A stretch of DNA of 48,031 bases, taken from a virus. Below, piece by piece: positions 41,881 to 48,031 of the stretch (position 1 is its first letter; every line of letters starts with the position of its first letter). Where the stretch lies: IMG/VR virus record IMGVR_UViG_3300009702_000002, positions 1 through 48,031 of that record, one strand, 5' to 3'. The notes beneath the pieces are model-generated. The model was not told the DNA's origin. It worked only from the letters and a program-made list of their open reading frames with translations, and did no database searches. The position numbers and the translations under genes were made by a program.

Positions 41881-42639
41881 ATGGCAGCTCCCACAATAGC
41901 AGCAGCAAGTATCGTTACAATTAACAATGGGGGTTCAACTACAGGAACAGTTAGTCCTACTCTATCTGCTAGTGGAAATGACCGTATATTAGTAATTATT
42001 TATACTGGGAAAGACAACTCAACGACAGCAGCAGTACCTAGTGCGATTGTAGTTGATTCGGCAGGAGTTAATTCTTCTCTAGCGAATGGGAAAGTTGTTC
42101 ATCAAGGAACGTTACAAATAGCACAAGAGACTACTTTTAGCTCGACCTGTGATGTGTTCTTTTGTTTAGAGGCTAATCTGCCTACGACAGCAGGGGCTTA
42201 CGTAGTTGATACGACATTAGATAGCACGCCACAATACCATATGTGGCAGATTTTTGAAGTCGCCGGATGTCCTGACCAAGCCTACGATGCAATAGTACAA
42301 AACAGTTCAATAGCAAATGTAAGCGCAGCAACAAAGTTTAGCGATTCAATCACCCCAACAGTAGATAATTGTTTAGTTGTAGATTGTTGGGCAACAAGTC
42401 ACAGCGCAGCCCCCACATTCACAAGTACAGAAACACAAATGGCTGTCACTAGTAATACGAACGGTGGTTCAGTGACTAGTCAGTTCACTCAAACCACGGC
42501 AGCAGCTAAGACGATGGAAGAAGAAAGTTCAACTCTCCATCAACGTAGAGCATGGACACTGCTCAGTTTTAGTGGTGCAGCAAGTTCAACTCCCACAGTA
42601 CCACCACTAAGACGCAGGATGATGATGAGATCAGCATGA
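41881..42639 (+). CDS. Ser/Thr/Ala-rich hypothetical protein (252 aa)
   Basis: ORF track. First gene after the terminator. Confidence 0.6.
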   Translation: MAAPTIAAASIVTINNGGSTTGTVSPTLSASGNDRILVIIYTGKDNSTTAAVPSAIVVDSAGVNSSLANGKVVHQGTLQIAQETTFSSTCDVFFCLEANLPTTAGAYVVDTTLDSTPQYHMWQIFEVAGCPDQAYDAIVQNSSIANVSAATKFSDSITPTVDNCLVVDCWATSHSAAPTFTSTETQMAVTSNTNGGSVTSQFTQTTAAAKTMEEESSTLHQRRAWTLLSFSGAASSTPTVPPLRRRMMMRSA

Positions 42640-44834
42640 TATTGGGCAAATACAACCAAAGTAAGACGATTACTTTCGATCTCGTTGCTCCCGATGGCGT
42701 TGATTTAATTGTTGCCGCTACATTCGCCGCCGGTGATATCGTTATTATGAAGGACGAAGGAGCGGAAGCGAACACTACTAACCTACCAACCGATGAAGGC
42801 ACAGGATATTCACTGGTCCTAACAGCGACAGAAATGAGCGCGGCCAGGATAAGAATTTATATAATCGATCAAACAGCTACAAAGGTCTGGCTGGATATTT
42901 CAATAGGAATTGAAACATACGGAAACGCAAGTGCAGAACACGCTTTTGATTTAGACACAGCATCAACCGCTCAAACAGGTGATAACTATGCTCGATTAGG
43001 AGCGCCAGCAGGGGCTAGTACCGCAGCGGATATAGCAGCCGTGAAAGTGGATACTGCCGCTACTTTAGTGGACACCGGTACAACATTACCGGCAACTCTT
43101 GGCACTCCAGCAGGAGCGGATATGTCTACCGATATAGCAGCCATTAAAACTGATTCAGCGGCAATTCTGGTCGATACGGCTGAAATTGGGATAGCAGGCG
43201 CAGGGCTAACAAATATTGGTACTATCGCAACTTGTACAACTGTAACCAACCAAGTTACGGCAGACATGACAGCTATATCTGGGGATTCGGTAGCGGCGGA
43301 TAATCTAGAAGCTACTTATGACGGAACTGGTTACGTAGATGATAACGCTCCATCGACTCAATCACAATTAAGTGGTATTTCAACAGGTGCAGTTGCTTCC
43401 TCAGTTTCACCAGAGACCTACACCTTAACTACTGGTGTACTTTCAAGTGGTACAGTGGGTGATGTTGATTCACTAGGCACGCCGCATGTCCATACCGATT
43501 CAGCAGGTGCTTTAGATATTGTTTATCATCATTTAGTTGGGGCAGGTACACCCTCAAATGTAACGCTGGATTGTTACTTGCAAGGCAATAATGATAATGT
43601 TCGGGTAGAAGCTTATGATTGGAGTTCAGCAACTTATAAAAAAATCGGTGAAGTAAATGGTAAAGTAGCGGCAACATACGAGTCTTTAACTTTTCCACTA
43701 AACAATAATATGGTCGGCACTGGTACTGATGTTGGCAAGGTTGATATTAAAATCACTGACGGAACTGAGTTCACTTTAACTACAGCGACATTCTCATTAG
43801 ATAGAATGTACGTCTCTTACAATCAAACCACTGGCAATTACGCGAGAGGTATTGAAGTTGACACCAATGGAGTTACAAATACAAACACTGTGGTTGGTGT
43901 TGATGGAGTGATAGGAAACCCTGTTACTACGTGGGCAGCAGCTTTAACCTTAGCAGGCAAGATAAATTCCTATAACTTCCATATTCATAATGGGTCTTCT
44001 ATTGCGCTAACTGGTAATTCAGATAATTATACAATAATTGGTGAAAACTGGACAATGGCGTTAGGTGGTCAGTCTATTGCTAATGCTCTAATACATGGGT
44101 GTACGGCTTTAAGCGGCGTATCATCGGGAACTGGTTATAAGATTGTAAATTGCCATTTCTCTGGTGCTACATCAATTGATGCAGGATGGGCACAAGATTG
44201 TCGACTCGGTAATGTCACTATAACTTTGGTTGGTATAGGTGGTTACTTCTTTCAATCCTGTTTTAGTTCAACAGGTTCAGTGCCAACATTCGATTTTCAA
44301 TTAGCGGTAGGCGCACAGACATTATGCCTTACTCCGCTAACGGGGGGTGTAATTGTAGACAATATGGCGGTTGGTGACTTAACACACATAGAAGGTGGTG
44401 GCGAGTTTACAGCAGCAGCTAATAGCACTGGCGGAACTATTGAGTTCTCTGGAGATTGGCGGGTTACTGACAACACAGCCGGAAGTGTTACATTGGATGG
44501 TGGTGATATTTATGACAATGTTGTTGCAACATTAGCTGACACTAACGAATTACAAGGTGATTGGACTAATGGCGGTCGTTTAGATCTGCTTTTAGATAGT
44601 TTAATCACTGAAATGGCTACCGCTACTACTGAACCCGCTCAAGGTGCGCCAGGTGTATCTGTTAAACGCGGTGAAAAAATAGATTGGCTTTATAAAATGA
44701 TGCGGAACCGATCTACTAGTACCTCGACAACAATCAGCATTTATAATGATGATGCGACTACAGTGGATCACAAAATCACACATTCAGATGATGCAACTAC
44801 TTATGATCGCGGTGAAATGGCCACAGGTCCGTAA
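42636..44834 (+). CDS. Tailspike/fibre-like receptor-binding protein with beta-helix-like C-terminal half
   Basis: 732 aa. N-terminal TFDLV..DG...FAAGDIVIMKDEGAEANTTNLPTDEGTGYSLVLTATEM. Duplicated GAPAGAS.AADIAAVKVDTAA.LVDT units. Repetitive G/N/T-rich region (GNSDNYTIIGENW...). Confidence 0.55.
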   Translation: MILGKYNQSKTITFDLVAPDGVDLIVAATFAAGDIVIMKDEGAEANTTNLPTDEGTGYSLVLTATEMSAARIRIYIIDQTATKVWLDISIGIETYGNASAEHAFDLDTASTAQTGDNYARLGAPAGASTAADIAAVKVDTAATLVDTGTTLPATLGTPAGADMSTDIAAIKTDSAAILVDTAEIGIAGAGLTNIGTIATCTTVTNQVTADMTAISGDSVAADNLEATYDGTGYVDDNAPSTQSQLSGISTGAVASSVSPETYTLTTGVLSSGTVGDVDSLGTPHVHTDSAGALDIVYHHLVGAGTPSNVTLDCYLQGNNDNVRVEAYDWSSATYKKIGEVNGKVAATYESLTFPLNNNMVGTGTDVGKVDIKITDGTEFTLTTATFSLDRMYVSYNQTTGNYARGIEVDTNGVTNTNTVVGVDGVIGNPVTTWAAALTLAGKINSYNFHIHNGSSIALTGNSDNYTIIGENWTMALGGQSIANALIHGCTALSGVSSGTGYKIVNCHFSGATSIDAGWAQDCRLGNVTITLVGIGGYFFQSCFSSTGSVPTFDFQLAVGAQTLCLTPLTGGVIVDNMAVGDLTHIEGGGEFTAAANSTGGTIEFSGDWRVTDNTAGSVTLDGGDIYDNVVATLADTNELQGDWTNGGRLDLLLDSLITEMATATTEPAQGAPGVSVKRGEKIDWLYKMMRNRSTSTSTTISIYNDDATTVDHKITHSDDATTYDRGEMATGP

Positions 44835-45047
44835 ATGGCTATCGATAGCGCAGCCAAGCGAAACTCAGCGCGTCATTTTATGCAAACTGGTTTGACTCCA
44901 ATTTTACCCGATGGAACCATAGCTCAGACCGATAGACAATCATCAGTTCATAGTTATGGCGGAATTTTAGCAGCTACACTCACCGCAGGGACGGCAAGTA
45001 GTATTACTAGTAATGTGTGGTTTTTCTTTATCGAAGACTCTCTATGA
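44835..45047 (+). CDS. Hypothetical protein (70 aa)
   Basis: ORF track. TAAATG junction. Confidence 0.5.
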   Translation: MAIDSAAKRNSARHFMQTGLTPILPDGTIAQTDRQSSVHSYGGILAATLTAGTASSITSNVWFFFIEDSL

Positions 45048-45316
45048 TTATCGAAACTTTTAGAAATTACTTAAGAAAAAAACGGTTATTTCTAAATGAT
45101 AAAGAAATGAAACGATTTGTTCAAAATAACTTCAATAACAAATTAGAAGGCTATGTGAGATCGATTAATTCGATTAAGCATTATATGAACGCGAACAACA
45201 AGGACGAAGTGAAAGAGCGTTGTAAACAATTGAAAAGGGATGGGCTTTCGCCACCCGAAACTTTGCGATCCTGTGATAGTATGATTCGTGATTTAAGAAC
45301 CTGGAAATATAAATGA
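45044..45316 (+). CDS. Hypothetical basic protein (90 aa; trimmed)
   Basis: ATGA overlap with the upstream stop. Confidence 0.5.
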   Translation: MIIETFRNYLRKKRLFLNDKEMKRFVQNNFNNKLEGYVRSINSIKHYMNANNKDEVKERCKQLKRDGLSPPETLRSCDSMIRDLRTWKYK

Positions 45317-45621
45317 GTAACGGTCCACGTATTAAGCCCTTATCCAGTGATACCTTAACGGGTACGGGAACTATTACCCTAGCCGCCGGTAGGCTCTTTG
45401 GAGGCTTCGATCTCAATACTGATGGAACAAATGTAGGAACCGTGATTATACGGGATGAAAACGTCACAGGGACTATCTTAGTGACTTCTAAGAGTATTAC
45501 AGGAAAAACATTTATAGCCCCGATAGATGTTCCGAGTAATATAATTTACTACTCGATTTCTGGTACTGGCGCTGACGCTTTCTTATATGAATTTGATTAT
45601 CAGAGATCGACTAAATATTAA
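45313..45621 (+). CDS. Hypothetical beta-rich protein (102 aa)
   Basis: ORF track. ATGA coupling. Confidence 0.55.
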   Translation: MSNGPRIKPLSSDTLTGTGTITLAAGRLFGGFDLNTDGTNVGTVIIRDENVTGTILVTSKSITGKTFIAPIDVPSNIIYYSISGTGADAFLYEFDYQRSTKY

Positions 45622-45676
45622 ATTTTGGCTATAATTGAAATAGCTCATATTTTGCCTTGTCTCAAAATTTGAGTTA

Positions 45677-45709
45677 GTACCAGATCAGCCTAAAAAACTA
45701 ATCTGGTAC
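45677..45709. terminator. Hairpin between convergent genes (bidirectional terminator candidate)
   Basis: GTACCAGAT-15 nt-ATCTGGTAC, 9-bp stem. Confidence 0.45.
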
Positions 45710-45712
45710 GAT

Positions 45713-45862
45713 TTATAAAAATAATTTAGTAACAGTTACAGCTACACCCACAGCGGCAAAGATAATACCAGTTAAAAAGAAAGCGTTTTTTTGTCTTAAG
45801 TGAATAACTTCTTCAAGTAGTTTTTCAATTTCAAGCTTTTCTTTTGTATCTTGATTATTCAT
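45713..45862 (-). CDS. Small C-terminally anchored membrane protein (49 aa, below cutoff)
   Basis: Hand translation MNNQDTKEKLEIEKLLEEVIHLRQKNAFFLTGIIFAAVGVAVTVTKLFL. Confidence 0.4.
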   Translation of the reverse strand: MNNQDTKEKLEIEKLLEEVIHLRQKNAFFLTGIIFAAVGVAVTVTKLFL

Positions 45863-45869
45863 AGTAACC

Positions 45870-46010
45870 TCAAAGCTTTTTAAGCTCTTTAAGAAAAATT
45901 AATTTAGACCAGGGCGATATTTTACGATCATCTTTTTCGGCTAATTTTTGAATTTTTTTGTACTCTTCAAGTGTTACCCTGAATTGAATTAATGGATCTG
46001 GTTTTGACAT
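45870..46010 (-). CDS. Small RHH-like protein (46 aa, below cutoff)
   Basis: Hand translation MSKPDPLIQFRVTLEEYKKIQKLAEKDDRKISPWSKLIFLKELKKL. GACAAGGTG box upstream. Confidence 0.4.
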   Translation of the reverse strand: MSKPDPLIQFRVTLEEYKKIQKLAEKDDRKISPWSKLIFLKELKKL

Positions 46011-46014
46011 TTTG

Positions 46015-46029
46015 AACACCTTGTCTATT
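46015..46029 (-). promoter_or_regulatory. Stem-loop AAUA-GACAAGG-UGUU upstream of CDS 45870..46010
   Basis: Plus strand aacaCCTTGTCtatt. 4 bp including one G-U pair. Confidence 0.35.
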
Positions 46030-46054
46030 TGTATTGAGTTATATTTAATTATAT

Positions 46055-46082
46055 AGGGTATAGAGATAAAATTCTATACCCT
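46055..46082 (-). terminator. 10-bp stem hairpin after CDS 46089..46268
   Basis: AGGGTATAGA-8 nt-TCTATACCCT. Confidence 0.45.
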
Positions 46083-46088
46083 TATAAT

Positions 46089-46268
46089 TTAATGCATAGT
46101 CGTTATTGTTATTGTATCGGCTTTAAGCCCTAATGCGATTCTTAGTAGTTGTTGAATAGAATCGTTATATACAATCGTCACGTTTCCGCTAGGTGAAATA
46201 GCTTCCATGCGTGATCGTGCATTAGGGTTGCGAGTTTTAATAACTTCTAGATTCTTATAAGTATCCAT
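46089..46268 (-). CDS. Hypothetical small protein (59 aa, below cutoff)
   Basis: Hand translation MDTYKNLEVIKTRNPNARSRMEAISPSGNVTIVYNDSIQQLLRIALGLKADTITITTMH. Frame checked codon by codon. Confidence 0.45.
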   Translation of the reverse strand: MDTYKNLEVIKTRNPNARSRMEAISPSGNVTIVYNDSIQQLLRIALGLKADTITITTMH

Positions 46269-46272
46269 AGTG

Positions 46273-46291
46273 CTTACTCCTTGTCAGTAAG
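46273..46291 (-). promoter_or_regulatory. Stem-loop CUUACU-GACAAGG-AGUAAG upstream of CDS 46089..46268
   Basis: Plus strand cttactCCTTGTCagtaag. 6-bp arms. Confidence 0.55.
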
Positions 46292-46334
46292 TGTATAAGT
46301 TTGTGGATAAGTTTCAATTATCCGGTTTTTAAGA

Positions 46335-46535
46335 TTATTCAGTTATTGAAAAAGGCTCAATACTAACTTTACATTGAGTCGTGTCAGTATTATTTTTAAC
46401 TTTGATCAAAAGTCGAATAGCTAACTCTAAATCATTCGTATACCAGGCATTTTTCTTAGTATCAAAGGTATTTAAAGTATCTCGATTTAGATAAGTTCTA
46501 ACATTGCTCATATTAATTTTCGTGATTGTATACAT
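46335..46535 (-). CDS. Hypothetical protein (66 aa)
   Basis: ORF track. Confidence 0.55.
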   Translation of the reverse strand: MYTITKINMSNVRTYLNRDTLNTFDTKKNAWYTNDLELAIRLLIKVKNNTDTTQCKVSIEPFSITE

Positions 46536-46537
46536 TT

Positions 46538-46556
46538 TTAACTCCTTGTCAGTTAA
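46538..46556 (-). promoter_or_regulatory. Stem-loop UUAACU-GACAAGG-AGUUAA upstream of CDS 46335..46535
   Basis: Plus strand ttaactCCTTGTCagttaa. 6-bp arms. Confidence 0.55.
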
Positions 46557-46598
46557 TAATGTTCAAAATCTCCTAAAAATCAGGGGGGTTAATTGTTT

Positions 46599-46868
46599 CT
46601 AATAGCAAACGTTTTGCCAGTTACCGTTAACTTGCATGTATTCACATTGAGTCGTTCCAATAGGTGGAAGCTCTAAAGATGGTAAAGGCTCTAATTCAAT
46701 GCTAGGCAATGGCTGAATGGGTTGAATATTAGTAGACGGTAGATCAAGCGTACTATCACAAACATCTATATAACCACAGTTACCACCATTACATACATAC
46801 GACTTAGTACAATACGCACTGGCAAGATTTGAGAAAAGAAAAAAGCTTAAAAATAGTATAGTTTTCAT
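46599..46868 (-). CDS. Small secreted Cys-rich protein with LPSxELxP repeats
   Basis: 89 aa. Signal peptide MKTILFLSFFLFSNLASA. Eight Cys. PLPSIELEPLPSLELPP. Confidence 0.6.
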   Translation of the reverse strand: MKTILFLSFFLFSNLASAYCTKSYVCNGGNCGYIDVCDSTLDLPSTNIQPIQPLPSIELEPLPSLELPPIGTTQCEYMQVNGNWQNVCY

Positions 46869-46875
46869 AATTACC

Positions 46876-46992
46876 TCAGTTTTCTAGAATCCATCCTATG
46901 ACAAAAAAAGCCGCTGCACCTACAACGGTAAACCCTGTAAAGGGCGCGAGAACTAGACATATAAAGCCTAGCAAATACATTAAACTAGCCAT
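46876..46992 (-). CDS. Small hydrophobic peptide (38 aa, below cutoff)
   Basis: Hand translation MASLMYLLGFICLVLAPFTGFTVVGAAAFFVIGWILEN. Directly upstream of the secreted Cys-rich gene. Confidence 0.4.
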   Translation of the reverse strand: MASLMYLLGFICLVLAPFTGFTVVGAAAFFVIGWILEN

Positions 46993-47134
46993 TATAATAA
47001 GTTATATAATTATGATTATTTTCTTCGTGAATATCTTCGATTAATAACCCTATATTTAATGGATCGTCTATTTCGTTATAATCTGGATGATACATCATAG
47101 AATATAACCGTTTAATAATTTCTTGATTATTCAT
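46985..47134 (-). CDS. Hypothetical small acidic protein (49 aa, below cutoff)
   Basis: Hand translation checked codon by codon: MNNQEIIKRLYSMMYHPDYNEIDDPLNIGLLIEDIHEENNHNYITYYNG. Confidence 0.4.
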   Translation of the reverse strand: MNNQEIIKRLYSMMYHPDYNEIDDPLNIGLLIEDIHEENNHNYITYYNG

Positions 47135-47145
47135 AGCCCTAACCC

Positions 47146-47682
47146 TTAATTAAATAAATCATAGATATCGCAAACTACATTATCCATAGAAATGGATTGA
47201 CCTGAACAAGTACGACCCCAAACAGTAAGACCGAGTATTTCTTGTACGTTTTCGCCTTTATTTATTAACTGGCGACCTAAATATTCTGATACAACCCAGA
47301 ATTCTAATGATTCATGCTCATAGGGTTCAATGTCAAATTCGCTACAAAAGTCATAAAGTCCCGATATTTCGTCGTACTTTTTAAAGTCGTTTAATAATTC
47401 ATGTTTATTCTTGAACTCATGGCCGTTATCATTAAACCATTCTATATACTCTTTTAATTCAGACTTGGAAGCGTTACCGATAGCATAAAGCGCGGGTTCC
47501 TTATAATCTTGAGCACTACAGACATTGATTAATTCTTCTGAATATTCGCCGTTTGTAAAGTCCTCAGAACTAAGCAAAGCCTGTATAAGCTCATTAACGT
47601 TTGTTAATATTTCACGATCAACAAAGTCGGACACTTTACGCTGGTAGTCTCCAGTTATTCGGATATTTGTTTTAGTATTCAT
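47146..47682 (-). CDS. Hypothetical acidic protein (178 aa)
   Basis: ORF track. Largest gene of the small-gene cluster. Confidence 0.65.
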   Translation of the reverse strand: MNTKTNIRITGDYQRKVSDFVDREILTNVNELIQALLSSEDFTNGEYSEELINVCSAQDYKEPALYAIGNASKSELKEYIEWFNDNGHEFKNKHELLNDFKKYDEISGLYDFCSEFDIEPYEHESLEFWVVSEYLGRQLINKGENVQEILGLTVWGRTCSGQSISMDNVVCDIYDLFN

Positions 47683-47685
47683 GAT

Positions 47686-47706
47686 ATAAACCCCTTGTTA
47701 GTTTAT
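47686..47706 (-). promoter_or_regulatory. Stem-loop AUAAAC-UAACAAGGG-GUUUAU upstream of CDS 47146..47682
   Basis: Plus strand ataaacCCCTTGTTAgtttat. 6-bp arms. Confidence 0.5.
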
Positions 47707-47709
47707 TGA

Positions 47710-48027
47710 TTAAATTTCATACTGAAATATATAATTATTAACTTCTATAGCTATGTATTGATAATCTTCATATATTCCGTGCGTGTCACCGTCCATGATG
47801 TAATTAATAGTAAAACCGTTATCATTGGTTAACTGTTCTAAAATCGGATAAAAGCTTTTATATTTTTGATCAGCGATAGCCTTATATTTATTAATATCGG
47901 TTAACGCTTCTTTTTTAGTCAAAAATTCATTAGCCCATCGTTTTTCAGTGGACGTTTTTCGGATATTTATTTTAAAGCCGTCATGCAAATGGTGTTTGGC
48001 TCGATAATAAGTAGTTAGATTATTCAT
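47710..48027 (-). CDS. Hypothetical protein (105 aa from ATG; the ORF track starts 1 codon earlier at TTG)
   Basis: ORF track. Its 5' part lies in the terminal repeat. The start overlaps the stop of 112..303 once the genome is circularised. Confidence 0.6.
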   Translation of the reverse strand: MNNLTTYYRAKHHLHDGFKINIRKTSTEKRWANEFLTKKEALTDINKYKAIADQKYKSFYPILEQLTNDNGFTINYIMDGDTHGIYEDYQYIAIEVNNYIFQYEI

Positions 48028-48031
48028 CAAA
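47909..48031. repeat. Terminal direct repeat, copy 2 (identical to 1..123)
   Basis: See copy 1. Confidence 0.95.

Overview
The window is a complete phage genome. Bases 1-123 are identical to 47909-48031, so the unit is 47,908 bp, either circular or terminally redundant. It looks like a temperate tailed phage of a Gram-negative host, with a podovirus-type virion gene order (T7/P22-like) and lambdoid-style regulation.

Plus strand, 1.9-27.4 kb: an HTH (possible TerS) gene, a 570-bp repeat-rich non-coding region, two PP-loop/PAPS-reductase-family genes, TerL, portal, a GroES-like co-chaperonin, scaffold, a decoration-like protein, an HK97-type major capsid protein, adaptor/nozzle-like proteins, three internal-virion-type proteins, a tail fibre, an M15 endolysin, holin(s) and overlapping i-/o-spanins.

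Minus strand, 27.4-36.1 kb: accessory cargo (two AP2-like paralogues and a HExxH metallopeptidase operon next to attP), tyrosine integrase, Xis, and a tightly coupled early-left operon (Gp157-like, SSB-tail protein).

36.3-41.7 kb: a CI-like/Cro-like switch, an O-like initiator with internal iterons plus an (ACAAAT)n tract, NinG, a C5-methyltransferase and a Q-like antiterminator followed by a terminator. Next comes a second receptor-binding-like module at 41.9-45.6 kb. About 15 small minus-strand genes span the circular junction.

Observations most worth a second look:
- The methyltransferase has its conserved motifs split over two overlapping frames, and both junctions sit at homopolymer/slippery runs.
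- Covarying stem-loops display a conserved GACAAGGRG box in front of the small minus-strand genes.
- A candidate replication origin lies inside the initiator gene.
- attP carries a tRNA 3' end and phased arm repeats.
- A toxin/effector-type zinc metallopeptidase operon sits at the prophage end.

All functional calls come from motif recognition by eye. No database search or computation was run.
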